Below, piece by piece: positions 1-9,781 of a stretch of 40,306 nt of DNA. Numbering within the stretch: the first letter of the stretch is position 1; each line of letters starts with the position of its first letter. Below the pieces are notes generated by a model. The model was not told where the DNA came from and searched no databases. It worked only from the letters and a program-made list of their open reading frames with translations. The stretch is from Oscillospiraceae bacterium. Its GTDB lineage: Bacteria > Bacillota > Clostridia > Oscillospirales > CAG-272. The translations under genes and the position numbers were made by a program. Location: contig SVRO01000002.1 in NCBI GenBank assembly GCA_015064795.1, forward strand, positions 1 to 40,306, in the 5' to 3' direction.

Positions 1-83
1 ACCGCACACCGCTTTTCTGCTGAGAATGCCAGTCTTTTCGGGATATTTCGGCAGTTCGGAAACTCGTCAAAAATGGTGTAAAA

Positions 84-122
84 ACCTGAATCTAGCGCGT
101 CTGCCAATTCCGCCATGCCCGC
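84..122 (-). pseudogene. tRNA-Leu-like 5' half (acceptor 5' strand, D-arm, anticodon 5' stem and loop) with no matching 3' half
   Basis: Minus strand reads GCGGGCA TG GCGG AATTGGCAGA CGCG CTAGA TTCAGGT. This is nearly identical to the 5' half of bacterial class II tRNA-Leu(CAG) as I recall it. The next bases, TTTTACACC..., cannot pair with CTAGA. No T-arm or TGCCCGC acceptor complement follows before the window edge. Confidence 0.6.
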
Positions 123-152
123 ATATATGTCTTCTTGGGTGACAACATTTAT

Positions 153-180
153 ATTATACACATTTCTCCCAAATTGTCAA
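153..180 (-). promoter_or_regulatory. sigma-A type promoter driving the tRNA-Leu-like sequence
   Basis: Minus strand TTGACA (175-180), 16 nt spacer, TATAAT (153-158). It lies about 30 nt upstream of the tRNA-like 5' end. Confidence 0.55.
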
Positions 181-292
181 GTCTTTTTTTGAATTTTTTA
201 AGATTTTTTGAAATTCAACTCGGCTGACAAAAGGACAAAGAGTGGGGAAGAAACTTCGAAAAAATTTGTTGAAAAAATAGAGGAGAATTTCC

Positions 293-321
293 TTGACAAA
301 AGGGAAATAATGTAGTATATT
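293..321 (+). promoter_or_regulatory. putative pyr operon promoter
   Basis: TTGACA (293-298), 17 nt spacer, TATATT (316-321). It lies about 50 nt upstream of the pyrC ATG, behind an AT-rich T-tract region. Confidence 0.45.
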
Positions 322-370
322 ATTATAGATAGAATAAGTGTGGATAAAAAGATAGATTACAGGAGGCATT

Positions 371-1567
371 ATGCGGTTTTTTGAAGAAATGTCGATGGAT
401 GCAATTATAAGCCTTGCCGACGCCGAAAAGCCCAAAGTGTTTTCTCCGACCGCTTCCGAGACCTATGCTATTTTTCCCGGTTTCGCAGATGTACACGTAC
501 ATTTGCGTGAGCCGGGTTTTTCTTATAAGGAAACGGTGGGGAGTGGCACGCGCGCGGCGGCGCGCGGCGGCTATACCGATGTGTGTAGCATGGCAAACCT
601 AAACCCTGTGCCCGATTCGCTGGGGACGCTTGCGCCTCAGCTGGAGGCAATTCAAAATCAAGCGGTGATCGGGGTTCACCCCTTTGCTTCCATTACGGTG
701 GGAGAAAAGGGAGAGGCGCTTTCCGACATGGAGTCACTTGCCCCTCTCGTTGCGGGTTTTTCGGACGATGGGCGCGGCGTGCAGAGCACCGATCTTATGC
801 GCGAAGCTATGAAGCGCGCCAAAAAGCTTGGTAAGATCATCGTGGCACATTGCGAGGACAATAGCTTGCTTCACGGCGGTTATATTCACGACGGCGACTA
901 CGCGAGGACGCATGGCCACCGCGGCATCTCGTCAGAGAGCGAGTGGCGGCAGGTCGAGCGTGATATTGCGCTTGTGAAGGAGACGGGATGTGCTTACCAC
1001 GTCTGTCACGTTTCAACCAAGGAGAGCGTGGCGCTGATCCGTAAGGCAAAGGCCGAGGGGGTGGATATCACCTGCGAGACGGGCCCGCATTATCTCGTGA
1101 TGAACGACGGTATGCTAAAAGAAGAAGGGCGCTTCAAGATGAATCCGCCCATACGAAGCGAAGCGGACCGCGTGGCACTTGTAGAGGGTATTGTGGATGG
1201 AACGATCGATATGATCGCTACCGACCACGCGCCGCATAGCGCGGAGGAGAAGGCGCGGGGCCTTGAGGGAAGCCTCATGGGTGTCGTTGGCTTGGAAACT
1301 GCCTTTCCCGTGCTTTATACTCACCTCGTGCGAGAGGGAGTGATCTCTCTTGAGAAGCTCATCGAGTTGATGAGCGTAAACCCCAGAAAGCGTTTTCAGA
1401 TCTCGGATCACGGCAGCTTTTGCGTGTGGGATTTGAATGCGAAATATACCATAGATCCACAAGAATTCTTGTCAATGGGAAGGGCAACACCCTTTGACGG
1501 TATGTCGGTGTATGGCAGATGCATACTCACCGTCCGCGACGGAAAAGCCGTTTGGATGGACATATGA
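371..1567 (+). CDS. pyrC: dihydroorotase
   Basis: RBS AGGAGG 6 nt upstream. Metal-binding DVHVHLREPG (HxH) and ATDHAPH motifs. Sits in the pyr operon. Confidence 0.9.
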   Translation: MRFFEEMSMDAIISLADAEKPKVFSPTASETYAIFPGFADVHVHLREPGFSYKETVGSGTRAAARGGYTDVCSMANLNPVPDSLGTLAPQLEAIQNQAVIGVHPFASITVGEKGEALSDMESLAPLVAGFSDDGRGVQSTDLMREAMKRAKKLGKIIVAHCEDNSLLHGGYIHDGDYARTHGHRGISSESEWRQVERDIALVKETGCAYHVCHVSTKESVALIRKAKAEGVDITCETGPHYLVMNDGMLKEEGRFKMNPPIRSEADRVALVEGIVDGTIDMIATDHAPHSAEEKARGLEGSLMGVVGLETAFPVLYTHLVREGVISLEKLIELMSVNPRKRFQISDHGSFCVWDLNAKYTIDPQEFLSMGRATPFDGMSVYGRCILTVRDGKAVWMDI

Positions 1568-1582
1568 AAGGAAGGAAAAGTT

Positions 1583-4500
1583 ATGGCAAAAAGAACAGAT
1601 CTTAAGAAAATTCTCATTATCGGTTCGGGACCTATCGTAATCGGACAGGCCGCCGAATTTGACTATGCGGGCACGCAGGCCTGCCTCGCTCTCAAGGAGG
1701 AGGGCTACGAGGTGGTGCTTGTCAACTCGAATCCCGCAACCATTATGACGGATACTTCGATCGCCGATAAGGTGTATATGGAGCCTCTGACGCTGGAGTA
1801 CGTTGCCAAGATCCTGCGTTACGAGCGTCCCGATGCCATTGTGCCCGGCATCGGCGGACAGACGGGACTTAACCTTGCGATGCAGCTTGAGAAGAAGGGC
1901 GTCCTTGCCGAGTGTGGCGTGGAGCTTCTCGGAACGAGCAGCGAGAGCATTGAGCGTGCCGAGGACAGAGAGCTTTTCAAGGAGCTTTGTCAGGAGATCG
2001 GCGAGCCGGTCATTCCGTCGGAAATTACGTATTCTTTGGAGGAGGCAAAGGCGGCAGCCGCGCGGATCGGCTATCCCGTGGTGCTTCGTCCTGCTTTTAC
2101 GCTTGGCGGTACGGGTGGCGGCTTTGCCAACGATGAGGCCGAGCTTATGGAAATTGGTCTCAACGCCTTTAAGCTTTCGCCGGTTCATCAGGTTCTGATT
2201 GAGAAGAGCGTGAAGGGCTATAAGGAGATCGAGTTTGAGGTTATGCGTGACGGAAGCGACCACGCCATCACCATTTGCGGTATGGAGAATATCGACCCCG
2301 TCGGCGTACACACGGGCGACTCTCTGGTGGTTGCTCCCATCATGACGCTGAACGATCACGATCTTAAGATGCTGAACGACAGCGCGATTAAGCTCATCAA
2401 GGCTCTCAAAATCGAGGGCGGCTGTAACGTACAGTTCGCACTCAACCCCCATACGAGTGAATATTATCTTATCGAGGTCAATCCTCGCGTTTCGCGTTCC
2501 TCGGCACTTGCATCCAAGGCGAGCGGCTATCCGATTGCACGCGTAACGGCGAAGATCGCCGTCGGCATGACGCTGGAGGAGATCGCGATCGCCAATACCA
2601 CGGCGGCCTTTGAGCCTCGCCTTGACTACGTTATCGCCAAGCTTCCTCGCTTCCCGTTTGATAAGTTCACGACCGCCTCCAATCAGCTCGGTACGCAGAT
2701 GAAGGCAACGGGTGAGGTCATGGGCATCGGCTCGACGCTTGAGGAGTGTCTCCTCAAGGGCATTCGTTCCTTGGAGATCGGTGCGCATCACCTGTACCTC
2801 AGCAAGTTCGACAACATGAGCGTGGACGAGCTTCTCGACTATATCAAGGATTTTCGCGCGGATAACATTTTTGCGATCGCGGAGCTTATTTACCACGGCG
2901 TTTCGATCGAAAAGCTTCATGAGATCACCATGATCACGCCTTACTTCCTCGAAGCGATCAAGCGGATCGTGGATATGGAGGAGACGCTTAAGGCACACGC
3001 GTTTGATCTCGAAACGCTTACCGCGGCCAAGAAGATGGGCTTTAGCGATAAGTATGTGGCGCGTATGTGGAAATGCACCGAGCTTGACGTTTATAACTTC
3101 CGCAAGGAACACAATCTGTTCCCTGTATTCAAGATGGTAGACACCTGCCACACGAACGCTTATATTCCTTACTTCTATTCGTCGTACACGGGCGAGAACG
3201 CATCGCGTCTGACCGACAAAAAGAAGATCGTTGTTCTTGGTGCGGGTCCCATCCGTATTGGACAGGGCGTGGAGTTTGACTACTCCACCGTTCACGCCGT
3301 GCAGACCATCAAGAAGGCAGGCTACGAGGCTATTATCATCAACAACAATCCCGAGACGGTATCGACCGACTACACCACGGCGGACAAGCTTTACTTTGAG
3401 CCTCTCACGCCCGAGGATGTTATGAATATCGTTGAGTTTGAAAAGCCGATCGGCGTGATTGCTACGCTTGGTGGACAGACGGCGATCAATCTGGCACAGC
3501 CCCTTACCGATCGCGGTGTGAAGATCATCGGCACCGATTGCGAGGCGATCGATCGCGCCGAGGATAGAAATGCCTTTGAGCACCTGCTTCATGAGCTTGA
3601 TATTCCTCAGCCCAAAGGACGTGCGGTGACCAAGATCGAGGACGGCCTTGCGGCCGCCGCCGAGATCGGCTATCCCGTGCTTGTTCGTCCTTCCTTCGTG
3701 CTTGGTGGCCGTGCGATGCAGATCGTCGCTAAAGAGGAGCAGCTTCGCCATTATCTGAAGACCGCCGTTGAGATCGACGAGGACAAGCCGGTTCTCGTAG
3801 ACAAGTATATTCAGGGTAAGGAGGTAGAGATCGACGCCATCTGTGACGGACGTGACGTTTTCGTGCCCGGCATTATGGAGCTTGTCGAGCGTACGGGTAT
3901 CCACTCGGGTGACTCGATCAGCGTATACCCCTCTTACAGCATTTCCAATCGCGTGAAGGGCATCATTCTTCAGTATGCGAAGAAGCTTGGTCTTGGCATT
4001 GGAATCGTTGGTCTTTTCAACATTCAGTTTATCGTGGATAAGGACGATAATGTCTTTATCATTGAGGTAAATCCTCGTTCCTCGCGTACCGTTCCGTTCC
4101 TTTCCAAAGCAACGGGCTATTCGCTTGCCGACATTGCCACCGAGGTCATTCTCGGTAAGTCCTTAAAGGAGCAGGGAATTTTTGATATTTACCCCGAGGA
4201 AAAGAAGCGCTATTACGTCAAGGTTCCCGTATTCTCCTTCAATAAGCTTCGCGGACTTGACGCTTACCTCTCGCCCGAGATGAAGTCGACGGGTGAGGCC
4301 ATCGGCTACGACGATAAGCTTCCGCGCGCGATGCAGAAGGCTCTGATCGCAGGCGGCTTCTCGCTTCACAATTACGGTACGGTCATCGTGTCGCTTGCCG
4401 ACGAGGATAAGGAGGAGGCACTTCCGCTCGTTCGCCGTTTCTATGACATGGGCTTCAATATCGAGGCAACCATCGGCACGGCAAACTTCCTCAAGGATCA

Positions 4501-4759
4501 TGGCATTCGTACCCGCGTGCGCAAAAAGCTGCTGGAGGGCAGTGAGGAGATCTTTGACTCCATTCGCGCAGGCTACGTTAACTACGTCATCAATACTCGC
4601 GCGGTCTTGTCGGGCGTTCATTACGACGACGGCATCGAGATCCGTCGCTGTGCAGTCGAGAACGGCGTAACGCTCTTCTCTAACCTTGACACCGTGCGCA
4701 TCGTGCTTGACGTTCTTGAGGCGACTACGAACCGAGTCTCTACAATCGACGCGAAATAA
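1583..4759 (+). CDS. carB: carbamoyl-phosphate synthase large subunit
   Basis: 1058 aa. Duplicated ATP-grasp halves (KILIIGSGPIVIGQAAEFDY and KIVVLGAGPIRIGQGVEFDY) and a C-terminal MGS-like domain. RBS GGAAGGAAAAG. Confidence 0.95.
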   Translation: MAKRTDLKKILIIGSGPIVIGQAAEFDYAGTQACLALKEEGYEVVLVNSNPATIMTDTSIADKVYMEPLTLEYVAKILRYERPDAIVPGIGGQTGLNLAMQLEKKGVLAECGVELLGTSSESIERAEDRELFKELCQEIGEPVIPSEITYSLEEAKAAAARIGYPVVLRPAFTLGGTGGGFANDEAELMEIGLNAFKLSPVHQVLIEKSVKGYKEIEFEVMRDGSDHAITICGMENIDPVGVHTGDSLVVAPIMTLNDHDLKMLNDSAIKLIKALKIEGGCNVQFALNPHTSEYYLIEVNPRVSRSSALASKASGYPIARVTAKIAVGMTLEEIAIANTTAAFEPRLDYVIAKLPRFPFDKFTTASNQLGTQMKATGEVMGIGSTLEECLLKGIRSLEIGAHHLYLSKFDNMSVDELLDYIKDFRADNIFAIAELIYHGVSIEKLHEITMITPYFLEAIKRIVDMEETLKAHAFDLETLTAAKKMGFSDKYVARMWKCTELDVYNFRKEHNLFPVFKMVDTCHTNAYIPYFYSSYTGENASRLTDKKKIVVLGAGPIRIGQGVEFDYSTVHAVQTIKKAGYEAIIINNNPETVSTDYTTADKLYFEPLTPEDVMNIVEFEKPIGVIATLGGQTAINLAQPLTDRGVKIIGTDCEAIDRAEDRNAFEHLLHELDIPQPKGRAVTKIEDGLAAAAEIGYPVLVRPSFVLGGRAMQIVAKEEQLRHYLKTAVEIDEDKPVLVDKYIQGKEVEIDAICDGRDVFVPGIMELVERTGIHSGDSISVYPSYSISNRVKGIILQYAKKLGLGIGIVGLFNIQFIVDKDDNVFIIEVNPRSSRTVPFLSKATGYSLADIATEVILGKSLKEQGIFDIYPEEKKRYYVKVPVFSFNKLRGLDAYLSPEMKSTGEAIGYDDKLPRAMQKALIAGGFSLHNYGTVIVSLADEDKEEALPLVRRFYDMGFNIEATIGTANFLKDHGIRTRVRKKLLEGSEEIFDSIRAGYVNYVINTRAVLSGVHYDDGIEIRRCAVENGVTLFSNLDTVRIVLDVLEATTNRVSTIDAK

Positions 4760-4774
4760 TACGGTGACAGTAGC

Positions 4775-5506
4775 ATGAAACAGAGTATTTTTACGGTGAT
4801 GGAAAATCGCCCGATCGCCGCGTCGGTCTATAAAATGACGCTTCGCGGAGATACGGCGGCGATCACCGCACCCGGACAGTTTGTGAATTTGAAGCTGGAC
4901 GGCGAATTTCTTCGCCGTCCCATCTCGGTGTGTGATGTCGAGGGCGACACGCTTACGCTCATCTACAAGGTGGTGGGCGAGGGAACCAAGAAAATGAGTT
5001 GCTATGAGACAGGCAGAGAAATCGACCTTCTCAGCGGGCTTGGCAACGGCTACGATACCGCAAAGAGCGGCGAGCGTCCGCTCCTGCTTGGCGGTGGCGT
5101 TGGCGTACCCCCGATGTATCTGCTTTGCCGCAAGCTTGTGGCGGAGGGCAAGAATCCCACGGTAATTCTCGGCTTTAACAGTGCACCCGATGTTTTTTAT
5201 GAAGAAGAATTTCGCGCACTCGGTGTCACGGTGCTTGTGACGACGGCTGACGGAAGCTATGGTATCAAGGGCTTTGTGACCGATGCTATGAAGGGCGTGG
5301 AATATACCCACTTTTATACCTGCGGTCCCGAGCCGATGCTGAAGGCGGTACACGCCGCAAGCGTGACCGACGGTCAGCTCAGCTTTGAGGAACGTATGGG
5401 GTGTGGCTTTGGCGCTTGCATGGGTTGCTCCTGCAAGACACTCACGGGCTATAAGCGCATCTGCAAGGAAGGTCCCGTGATGGCGAAAGGAGAAATTTTA
5501 TGGTAA
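4775..5506 (+). CDS. pyrK: dihydroorotate dehydrogenase (class 1B) electron-transfer subunit
   Basis: RRPISV FAD-binding motif. C-terminal Cys cluster CGFGACMGCSC...C for a 2Fe-2S centre. Immediately precedes and overlaps pyrD. Confidence 0.9.
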   Translation: MKQSIFTVMENRPIAASVYKMTLRGDTAAITAPGQFVNLKLDGEFLRRPISVCDVEGDTLTLIYKVVGEGTKKMSCYETGREIDLLSGLGNGYDTAKSGERPLLLGGGVGVPPMYLLCRKLVAEGKNPTVILGFNSAPDVFYEEEFRALGVTVLVTTADGSYGIKGFVTDAMKGVEYTHFYTCGPEPMLKAVHAASVTDGQLSFEERMGCGFGACMGCSCKTLTGYKRICKEGPVMAKGEILW

Positions 5507-6411
5507 GCACGAAGGTGAAACTTGGCGAGTGGGAGCTGGATAATCCCGTCATTCCCGCCAGCGGCACGTTTGGCTACGGCTATGAGTTTGCCGAGCTTTA
5601 CGATATCAACTGCCTCGGTAGCTTTTCCTTTAAGGGTACGACGCTTGAACCCCGCTTTGGCAATCCAACGCCGCGTATTGCGGAGTGCGAGTCGGGTATG
5701 CTCAATAGCGTAGGACTGCAAAATCCGGGTGTGGAAAAGGTGGTATCCGAGGAGCTTCCGAAGCTGAAAAAATGCTTCAAAAAGCCCGTAGTTGCCAATG
5801 TCTGTGGCTTCTCACCCGACGAGTACGCCAAGGTGGCGGAGATCTTAAGTGCCGAAGAACAAGTTGGCATTCTGGAGGTCAATATCAGCTGTCCGAACGT
5901 TCATGCGGGCGGTGTAAATTTCGGAAGCTCGGCTAAGACCGCGGCGGAGATTACTGAAAGAGTGAAGGCGGTTTCAAAGAAACCCGTTTACATTAAGCTG
6001 ACGCCTAACGTCACCGACATTGCCGAGATCGCAAAGGCTTGCGAGGCGGCAGGTGCGGATGGAATTTCGATGATCAATACGCTTCTGGGTATGCGCATTG
6101 ATATGCGTCGCCGTAAACCTATTTTGGCGAATAAGATAGGCGGCTTTTCGGGCGACGCGATCTTCCCCGTGGCGCTTCGTATGGTCTATCAGGTCTATGC
6201 CGCGGTGAAAATTCCGATCATTGGCATGGGCGGCATTTCGAGCGCGGAGCAGGTCATCGAGATGATGCTTGCGGGCGCAACGGCGGTCGAGGTGGGCGCG
6301 GCCAACCTCGTCAATCCCTTTGCCGCCAAGGAGATTGTGGAGGCTCTGCCCGCCGCGATGGAAAAGTATAACATCAAGAATCTTACCGATATTATAGGAG
6401 GCGCACACTGA
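5500..6411 (+). CDS. pyrD: dihydroorotate dehydrogenase (class 1B) catalytic subunit
   Basis: 303 aa TIM-barrel DHOD sequence ([27 protein letters not shown]). Overlaps the pyrK stop by 7 nt. Confidence 0.9.
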   Translation: MVSTKVKLGEWELDNPVIPASGTFGYGYEFAELYDINCLGSFSFKGTTLEPRFGNPTPRIAECESGMLNSVGLQNPGVEKVVSEELPKLKKCFKKPVVANVCGFSPDEYAKVAEILSAEEQVGILEVNISCPNVHAGGVNFGSSAKTAAEITERVKAVSKKPVYIKLTPNVTDIAEIAKACEAAGADGISMINTLLGMRIDMRRRKPILANKIGGFSGDAIFPVALRMVYQVYAAVKIPIIGMGGISSAEQVIEMMLAGATAVEVGAANLVNPFAAKEIVEALPAAMEKYNIKNLTDIIGGAH

Positions 6412-6412
6412 A

Positions 6413-7111
6413 ATGGGAAAGGACGTAATCATCGCTTGTGATTTTCCGAGCAAGGAGAAAACACTCGCGTTTCTCGACAAATTTGAGGGCAAGAAGCCCT
6501 TCGTAAAAATTGGCATGGAGCTGTTTTATGCCGAGGGTCCCTCGATCGTAAAGGAGATCAAGGCGAGAGGCCATAAGATCTTCCTCGATCTTAAGCTTCA
6601 CGACATTCCGAACACGGTAAAGAGCGCCATGAAGGTGCTTTCGGGTCTGGACGTGGACATGACCAACCTGCATGCCTCGGGTACCATCCCGATGATGCAG
6701 GGGGCGCTTGACGGACTTACGCGCGAGGACGGCACAAGACCGATCCTCATCGCCGTCACGCAGCTTACCTCCACCGACCAGGAGACTATGGAGCGCGACC
6801 TGCTCATTCACGAGCCGATCGCAGAGGTGGTCATGCACTACGCAAGCAATGCCAAGGCCGCAGGTCTTGACGGCGTGGTCTGCTCGCCGCTTGAGGCCGG
6901 TAAGGTACACGAGAGATGCGGCAAGGACTTCGTGACGGTTACCCCCGGCGTTCGCTTTGCGGACGGTGACGTGGGCGATCAGAAGCGAGTTATGACGCCT
7001 GCCGAGGCAAATCGCATCGGCTCGGATTATATCGTTGTCGGCAGACCGATCACCGCGGCTGCCGATCCCGTGGCGGCGTATGAGAGATGCTGCCGCGAGT
7101 TTATCGGCTAA
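6413..7111 (+). CDS. pyrF: orotidine 5'-phosphate decarboxylase
   Basis: [10 protein letters not shown] signature and VVGRPIT near the C-terminus. Confidence 0.9.
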   Translation: MGKDVIIACDFPSKEKTLAFLDKFEGKKPFVKIGMELFYAEGPSIVKEIKARGHKIFLDLKLHDIPNTVKSAMKVLSGLDVDMTNLHASGTIPMMQGALDGLTREDGTRPILIAVTQLTSTDQETMERDLLIHEPIAEVVMHYASNAKAAGLDGVVCSPLEAGKVHERCGKDFVTVTPGVRFADGDVGDQKRVMTPAEANRIGSDYIVVGRPITAAADPVAAYERCCREFIG

Positions 7112-7756
7112 ATGAAGAATATTTTCTTCGACCTGGACGGAACGCTCACCGATCCCGCCCAGGGCATTACCAACTCGGTAGCGTACGCGCTTTCGAAATT
7201 CGGCATCGAGGTGGCTGACCGAAGTGAGCTGTATCGTTTCATCGGCCCGCCGCTTGTGCCCGCGTTTATGGAGTATTACGGCTTTTCGAAGGAAGACGCC
7301 GAGCGTGCGCTCGTTCTTTACCGCGAGTATTTCGCGCCCACGGGCATATTTGAGAACGCCGTGATCGAGGGGATCCCCGAAATGCTTTCGGCACTGAAAG
7401 CGAGTGGCAAGCGACTCTTTGTGGCGACCTCGAAGCCCGAGGAATTTGCCAAAAGGATCCTCGAGCACTTTGCGCTTGACGGATATTTTGATGGCATCTA
7501 TGGTAGCACCATGGACGAAACGCGCAACACGAAGGATGCTGTGATTGCTTATGCACTCATAGAGTCGGGCGCGGATAAGGACGACACGGTCATGGTTGGA
7601 GACAGACACCACGACATTGACGGCGCGAAGAAAAACGCCATGCGGTCGGTCGGCGTGCTTTTCGGCTACGGAAGCCGAGAGGAGCTGACGCAGGCGGGTG
7701 CCGACGCCATTGTCGAGACCGTAGACGAATTACAACAAATATTGATAGGAGAATGA
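7112..7756 (+). CDS. HAD-superfamily (subfamily IA, phosphoglycolate-phosphatase-like) hydrolase
   Basis: N-terminal [10 protein letters not shown] nucleophile motif, ATSK motif II and [11 protein letters not shown] motif III/IV. The ATG directly abuts the pyrF TAA, and its stop lies just before the pyrE start. Confidence 0.8.
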   Translation: MKNIFFDLDGTLTDPAQGITNSVAYALSKFGIEVADRSELYRFIGPPLVPAFMEYYGFSKEDAERALVLYREYFAPTGIFENAVIEGIPEMLSALKASGKRLFVATSKPEEFAKRILEHFALDGYFDGIYGSTMDETRNTKDAVIAYALIESGADKDDTVMVGDRHHDIDGAKKNAMRSVGVLFGYGSREELTQAGADAIVETVDELQQILIGE

Positions 7757-7758
7757 TC

Positions 7759-8400
7759 ATGAATTCGATTGAAACGTTGATTGCAAAAGACCTGCTTTCC
7801 ATTAAGGCGGTATTTTTCCGCCCCGACGAGCCGTTTACCTGGGCCAGCGGCATCAAGAGCCCCGTATACTGTGACAACCGCCTGACGCTGACTGCACCCA
7901 AGGTGCGCACCGACGTGGAGAACGCGCTTGCCGAGACCATCAAGCGTGAGTATCCCGATGCCGAGGTGCTGATGGGCACGTCCACCGCAGGTATCGCGCA
8001 TGCCGCCATCACCGCGCATATCATGGATCTTCCCATGGGCTATGTTCGCTCGGGCGCGAAGGATCACGGCCGCGGAAATCAGATCGAGGGTAAGCTCGAG
8101 AAGGGACAAAAGGTCGTCGTGGTGGAGGACCTTATTTCCACAGGCGGAAGCGTTATTGAGGTTGTTAATGTTCTCCGTGAGGCAGGTGCCGAGGTTCTCG
8201 GTATCGTCAGCATCTTCACCTACGGCATGAAGAAGGGCATCGAGCGTCTTGCCGAAGCAAACGTTAAGAACGTAAGCCTTACCAACTTCGACGCAATCGC
8301 CGAGATCGCCGCCGAGGAGAAATATATCAGACCCGAGGACGTGGCAAGACTTATCGCCTTCCGTAACAACCCCTCGGACGAGAGTTGGATCGGAGCCTGA
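7759..8400 (+). CDS. pyrE: orotate phosphoribosyltransferase
   Basis: PRPP-binding [13 protein letters not shown]. The ORF track starts at 7753, but AGGAG (7747-7751) is spaced 7 nt from the ATG at 7759 and only 1 nt from 7753. Confidence 0.9.
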   Translation: MNSIETLIAKDLLSIKAVFFRPDEPFTWASGIKSPVYCDNRLTLTAPKVRTDVENALAETIKREYPDAEVLMGTSTAGIAHAAITAHIMDLPMGYVRSGAKDHGRGNQIEGKLEKGQKVVVVEDLISTGGSVIEVVNVLREAGAEVLGIVSIFTYGMKKGIERLAEANVKNVSLTNFDAIAEIAAEEKYIRPEDVARLIAFRNNPSDESWIGA

Positions 8401-8402
8401 GT

Positions 8403-9326
8403 ATGAGACACCTCATCGATATTATGGATCTGTCGGTAGAGGAGATTGCGGATATGATCGCGGTCGCCACCGACATCGTAGAGCATCCCGAAAAATACCG
8501 CGAGGCTTGCAAATACAAGAAGCTTGCCACCCTCTTCTTTGAGCCCTCCACGCGTACGCGCCTCTCCTTTGAGGCGGCTATGCTGGAGCTTGGCGGACAG
8601 GTGCTCGGCTTCTCGGAGGCGTCGTCAAGCTCGGCCTCCAAGGGCGAGAGCGTGTCGGATACCGCCGCTATCGTGAGCGGCTACGCCGACATTATTGCTA
8701 TGCGTCACCCAAAGGAAGGCGCGCCGCGCGTTGCCGCGGCCAAGAGCGAGGTGCCGATCATCAACGCGGGCGACGGCGGTCATTACCACCCCACCCAGAC
8801 GCTTACCGACCTTTTCACCATTCATCGTGAGAAGGGAAGATTTGATAATCTCACCGTCGGCCTTTGCGGCGACTTAAAGTTCGGCAGAACGGTGCATTCG
8901 CTGATCGCGGCCATGTCGCGCTATAGTGGCATCAACTTCGTTCTGATCTCGCCGCCCGAGCTGAAGGTGCCGAGTTATGTCAAGGGTAAGTACATCAAGG
9001 AGAAGGGGATTCCGTACCGCCAGACCACCTCGCTTGACGAGTGCATCGGCGACCTTGACGTGCTTTACATGACGCGCGTGCAAAAGGAACGCTTCTTCAA
9101 CGAGGAGGACTATCTCCGCCTGCGCGACAGCTACATTCTCACCCCCGAAAAGATGAAGCAGGCCAAGGACGATATGATCGTGCTTCATCCGCTGCCCCGT
9201 GTCAACGAGATCGCCACCGAGGTGGACGACGATCCTCGCGCGGCATACTTCCGTCAGGCGAAGAACGGCAAGTTCATTCGTATGGCGCTTATCTTAAAGC
9301 TTTTGGAGGTAGGAAATGAGAATTGA
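8403..9326 (+). CDS. pyrB: aspartate carbamoyltransferase catalytic subunit
   Basis: STRTR ([13 protein letters not shown]) and HPTQ motifs. The start was moved to the ATG at 8403 (MRHLIDI...), just after the pyrE stop, with GGAG 7 nt upstream. Confidence 0.9.
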   Translation: MRHLIDIMDLSVEEIADMIAVATDIVEHPEKYREACKYKKLATLFFEPSTRTRLSFEAAMLELGGQVLGFSEASSSSASKGESVSDTAAIVSGYADIIAMRHPKEGAPRVAAAKSEVPIINAGDGGHYHPTQTLTDLFTIHREKGRFDNLTVGLCGDLKFGRTVHSLIAAMSRYSGINFVLISPPELKVPSYVKGKYIKEKGIPYRQTTSLDECIGDLDVLYMTRVQKERFFNEEDYLRLRDSYILTPEKMKQAKDDMIVLHPLPRVNEIATEVDDDPRAAYFRQAKNGKFIRMALILKLLEVGNEN

Positions 9327-9738
9327 CGCGATCAAAAACGGAATTGTCATTGACCACATCGACGCGGGACGCGCGATGAAGATCTACGAGATGCTCGGGC
9401 TCGATAAGCTCGATTGCCCCGTGGCACTCTTAAAGAACGTGCCGAGTAAGAAGATGGGCAAGAAGGACATTATCAAGATCGACGGCGACGTGAAGATCAA
9501 TTTTGACGAGATTGGCTTTCTCAGCCGTAATATCACGCTTGTTTTCGTCAAGGACGGAAGCGTTTCGGAGAAGAAGAACGTCGCGCTTCCGCGCGAGCTT
9601 ACCGACATTATCACCTGTAAAAATCCGCGTTGCATTACCTCGACCGAGCAGGGAATCCACCACCATTTCCGCTTGGAGAACGAAAAGACCGGCGTCTACC
9701 GCTGTGTCTACTGCGACGCACAGGCCGATCTTTCGTAA
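9316..9738 (+). CDS. pyrI: aspartate carbamoyltransferase regulatory subunit
   Basis: 140 aa. C-terminal zinc domain CKNPRC...CVYC. Overlaps the pyrB end. Confidence 0.9.
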   Translation: MRIDAIKNGIVIDHIDAGRAMKIYEMLGLDKLDCPVALLKNVPSKKMGKKDIIKIDGDVKINFDEIGFLSRNITLVFVKDGSVSEKKNVALPRELTDIITCKNPRCITSTEQGIHHHFRLENEKTGVYRCVYCDAQADLS

Positions 9739-9745
9739 CAAGATT

Positions 9746-9781
9746 AAAAAATCGACAGAGATTTTCTCTGTCGATTTTTTT
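9746..9781. terminator. bidirectional rho-independent terminator (pyr operon and the convergent island operon)
   Basis: Perfect 10-bp stem ATCGACAGAG / CTCTGTCGAT (9751-9760 / 9766-9775) with a 5-nt loop. An A5 run lies upstream and a T6 run downstream. The minus-strand ORF stop (9780-9782) sits in the T-tract. Confidence 0.85.

Noticed and set aside
1-116. Minus-strand ORF MAELADALDSGFYTIFDEFPNCRN... running off the left edge.
   Set aside because: Its first ~10 codons are simply the translation of the tRNA-Leu-like sequence, and it has no RBS. A plus-strand frame ending at the TAA at 79-81 is equally open. With under 120 nt available, neither can be supported as a gene.
1472-3904. 810-aa ORF antisense to carB. 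Similar long antisense ORFs occur at 4163-5353, 6392-7612, 15620-16552, 18216-19394, 24643-25623, 33419-34285 and 35143-35964.
   Set aside because: For the carB shadow I checked the frame: it is codon-aligned with the sense gene, with the same coordinate phase as 1583. Stops would therefore appear only where the sense gene uses TTA, CTA or TCA, which seem rare from the stretches I read. The translations are low-complexity R/A/G/L-rich with no motifs, and the sense genes are unambiguous. I assume the other listed ORFs are the same kind of shadow ORF.
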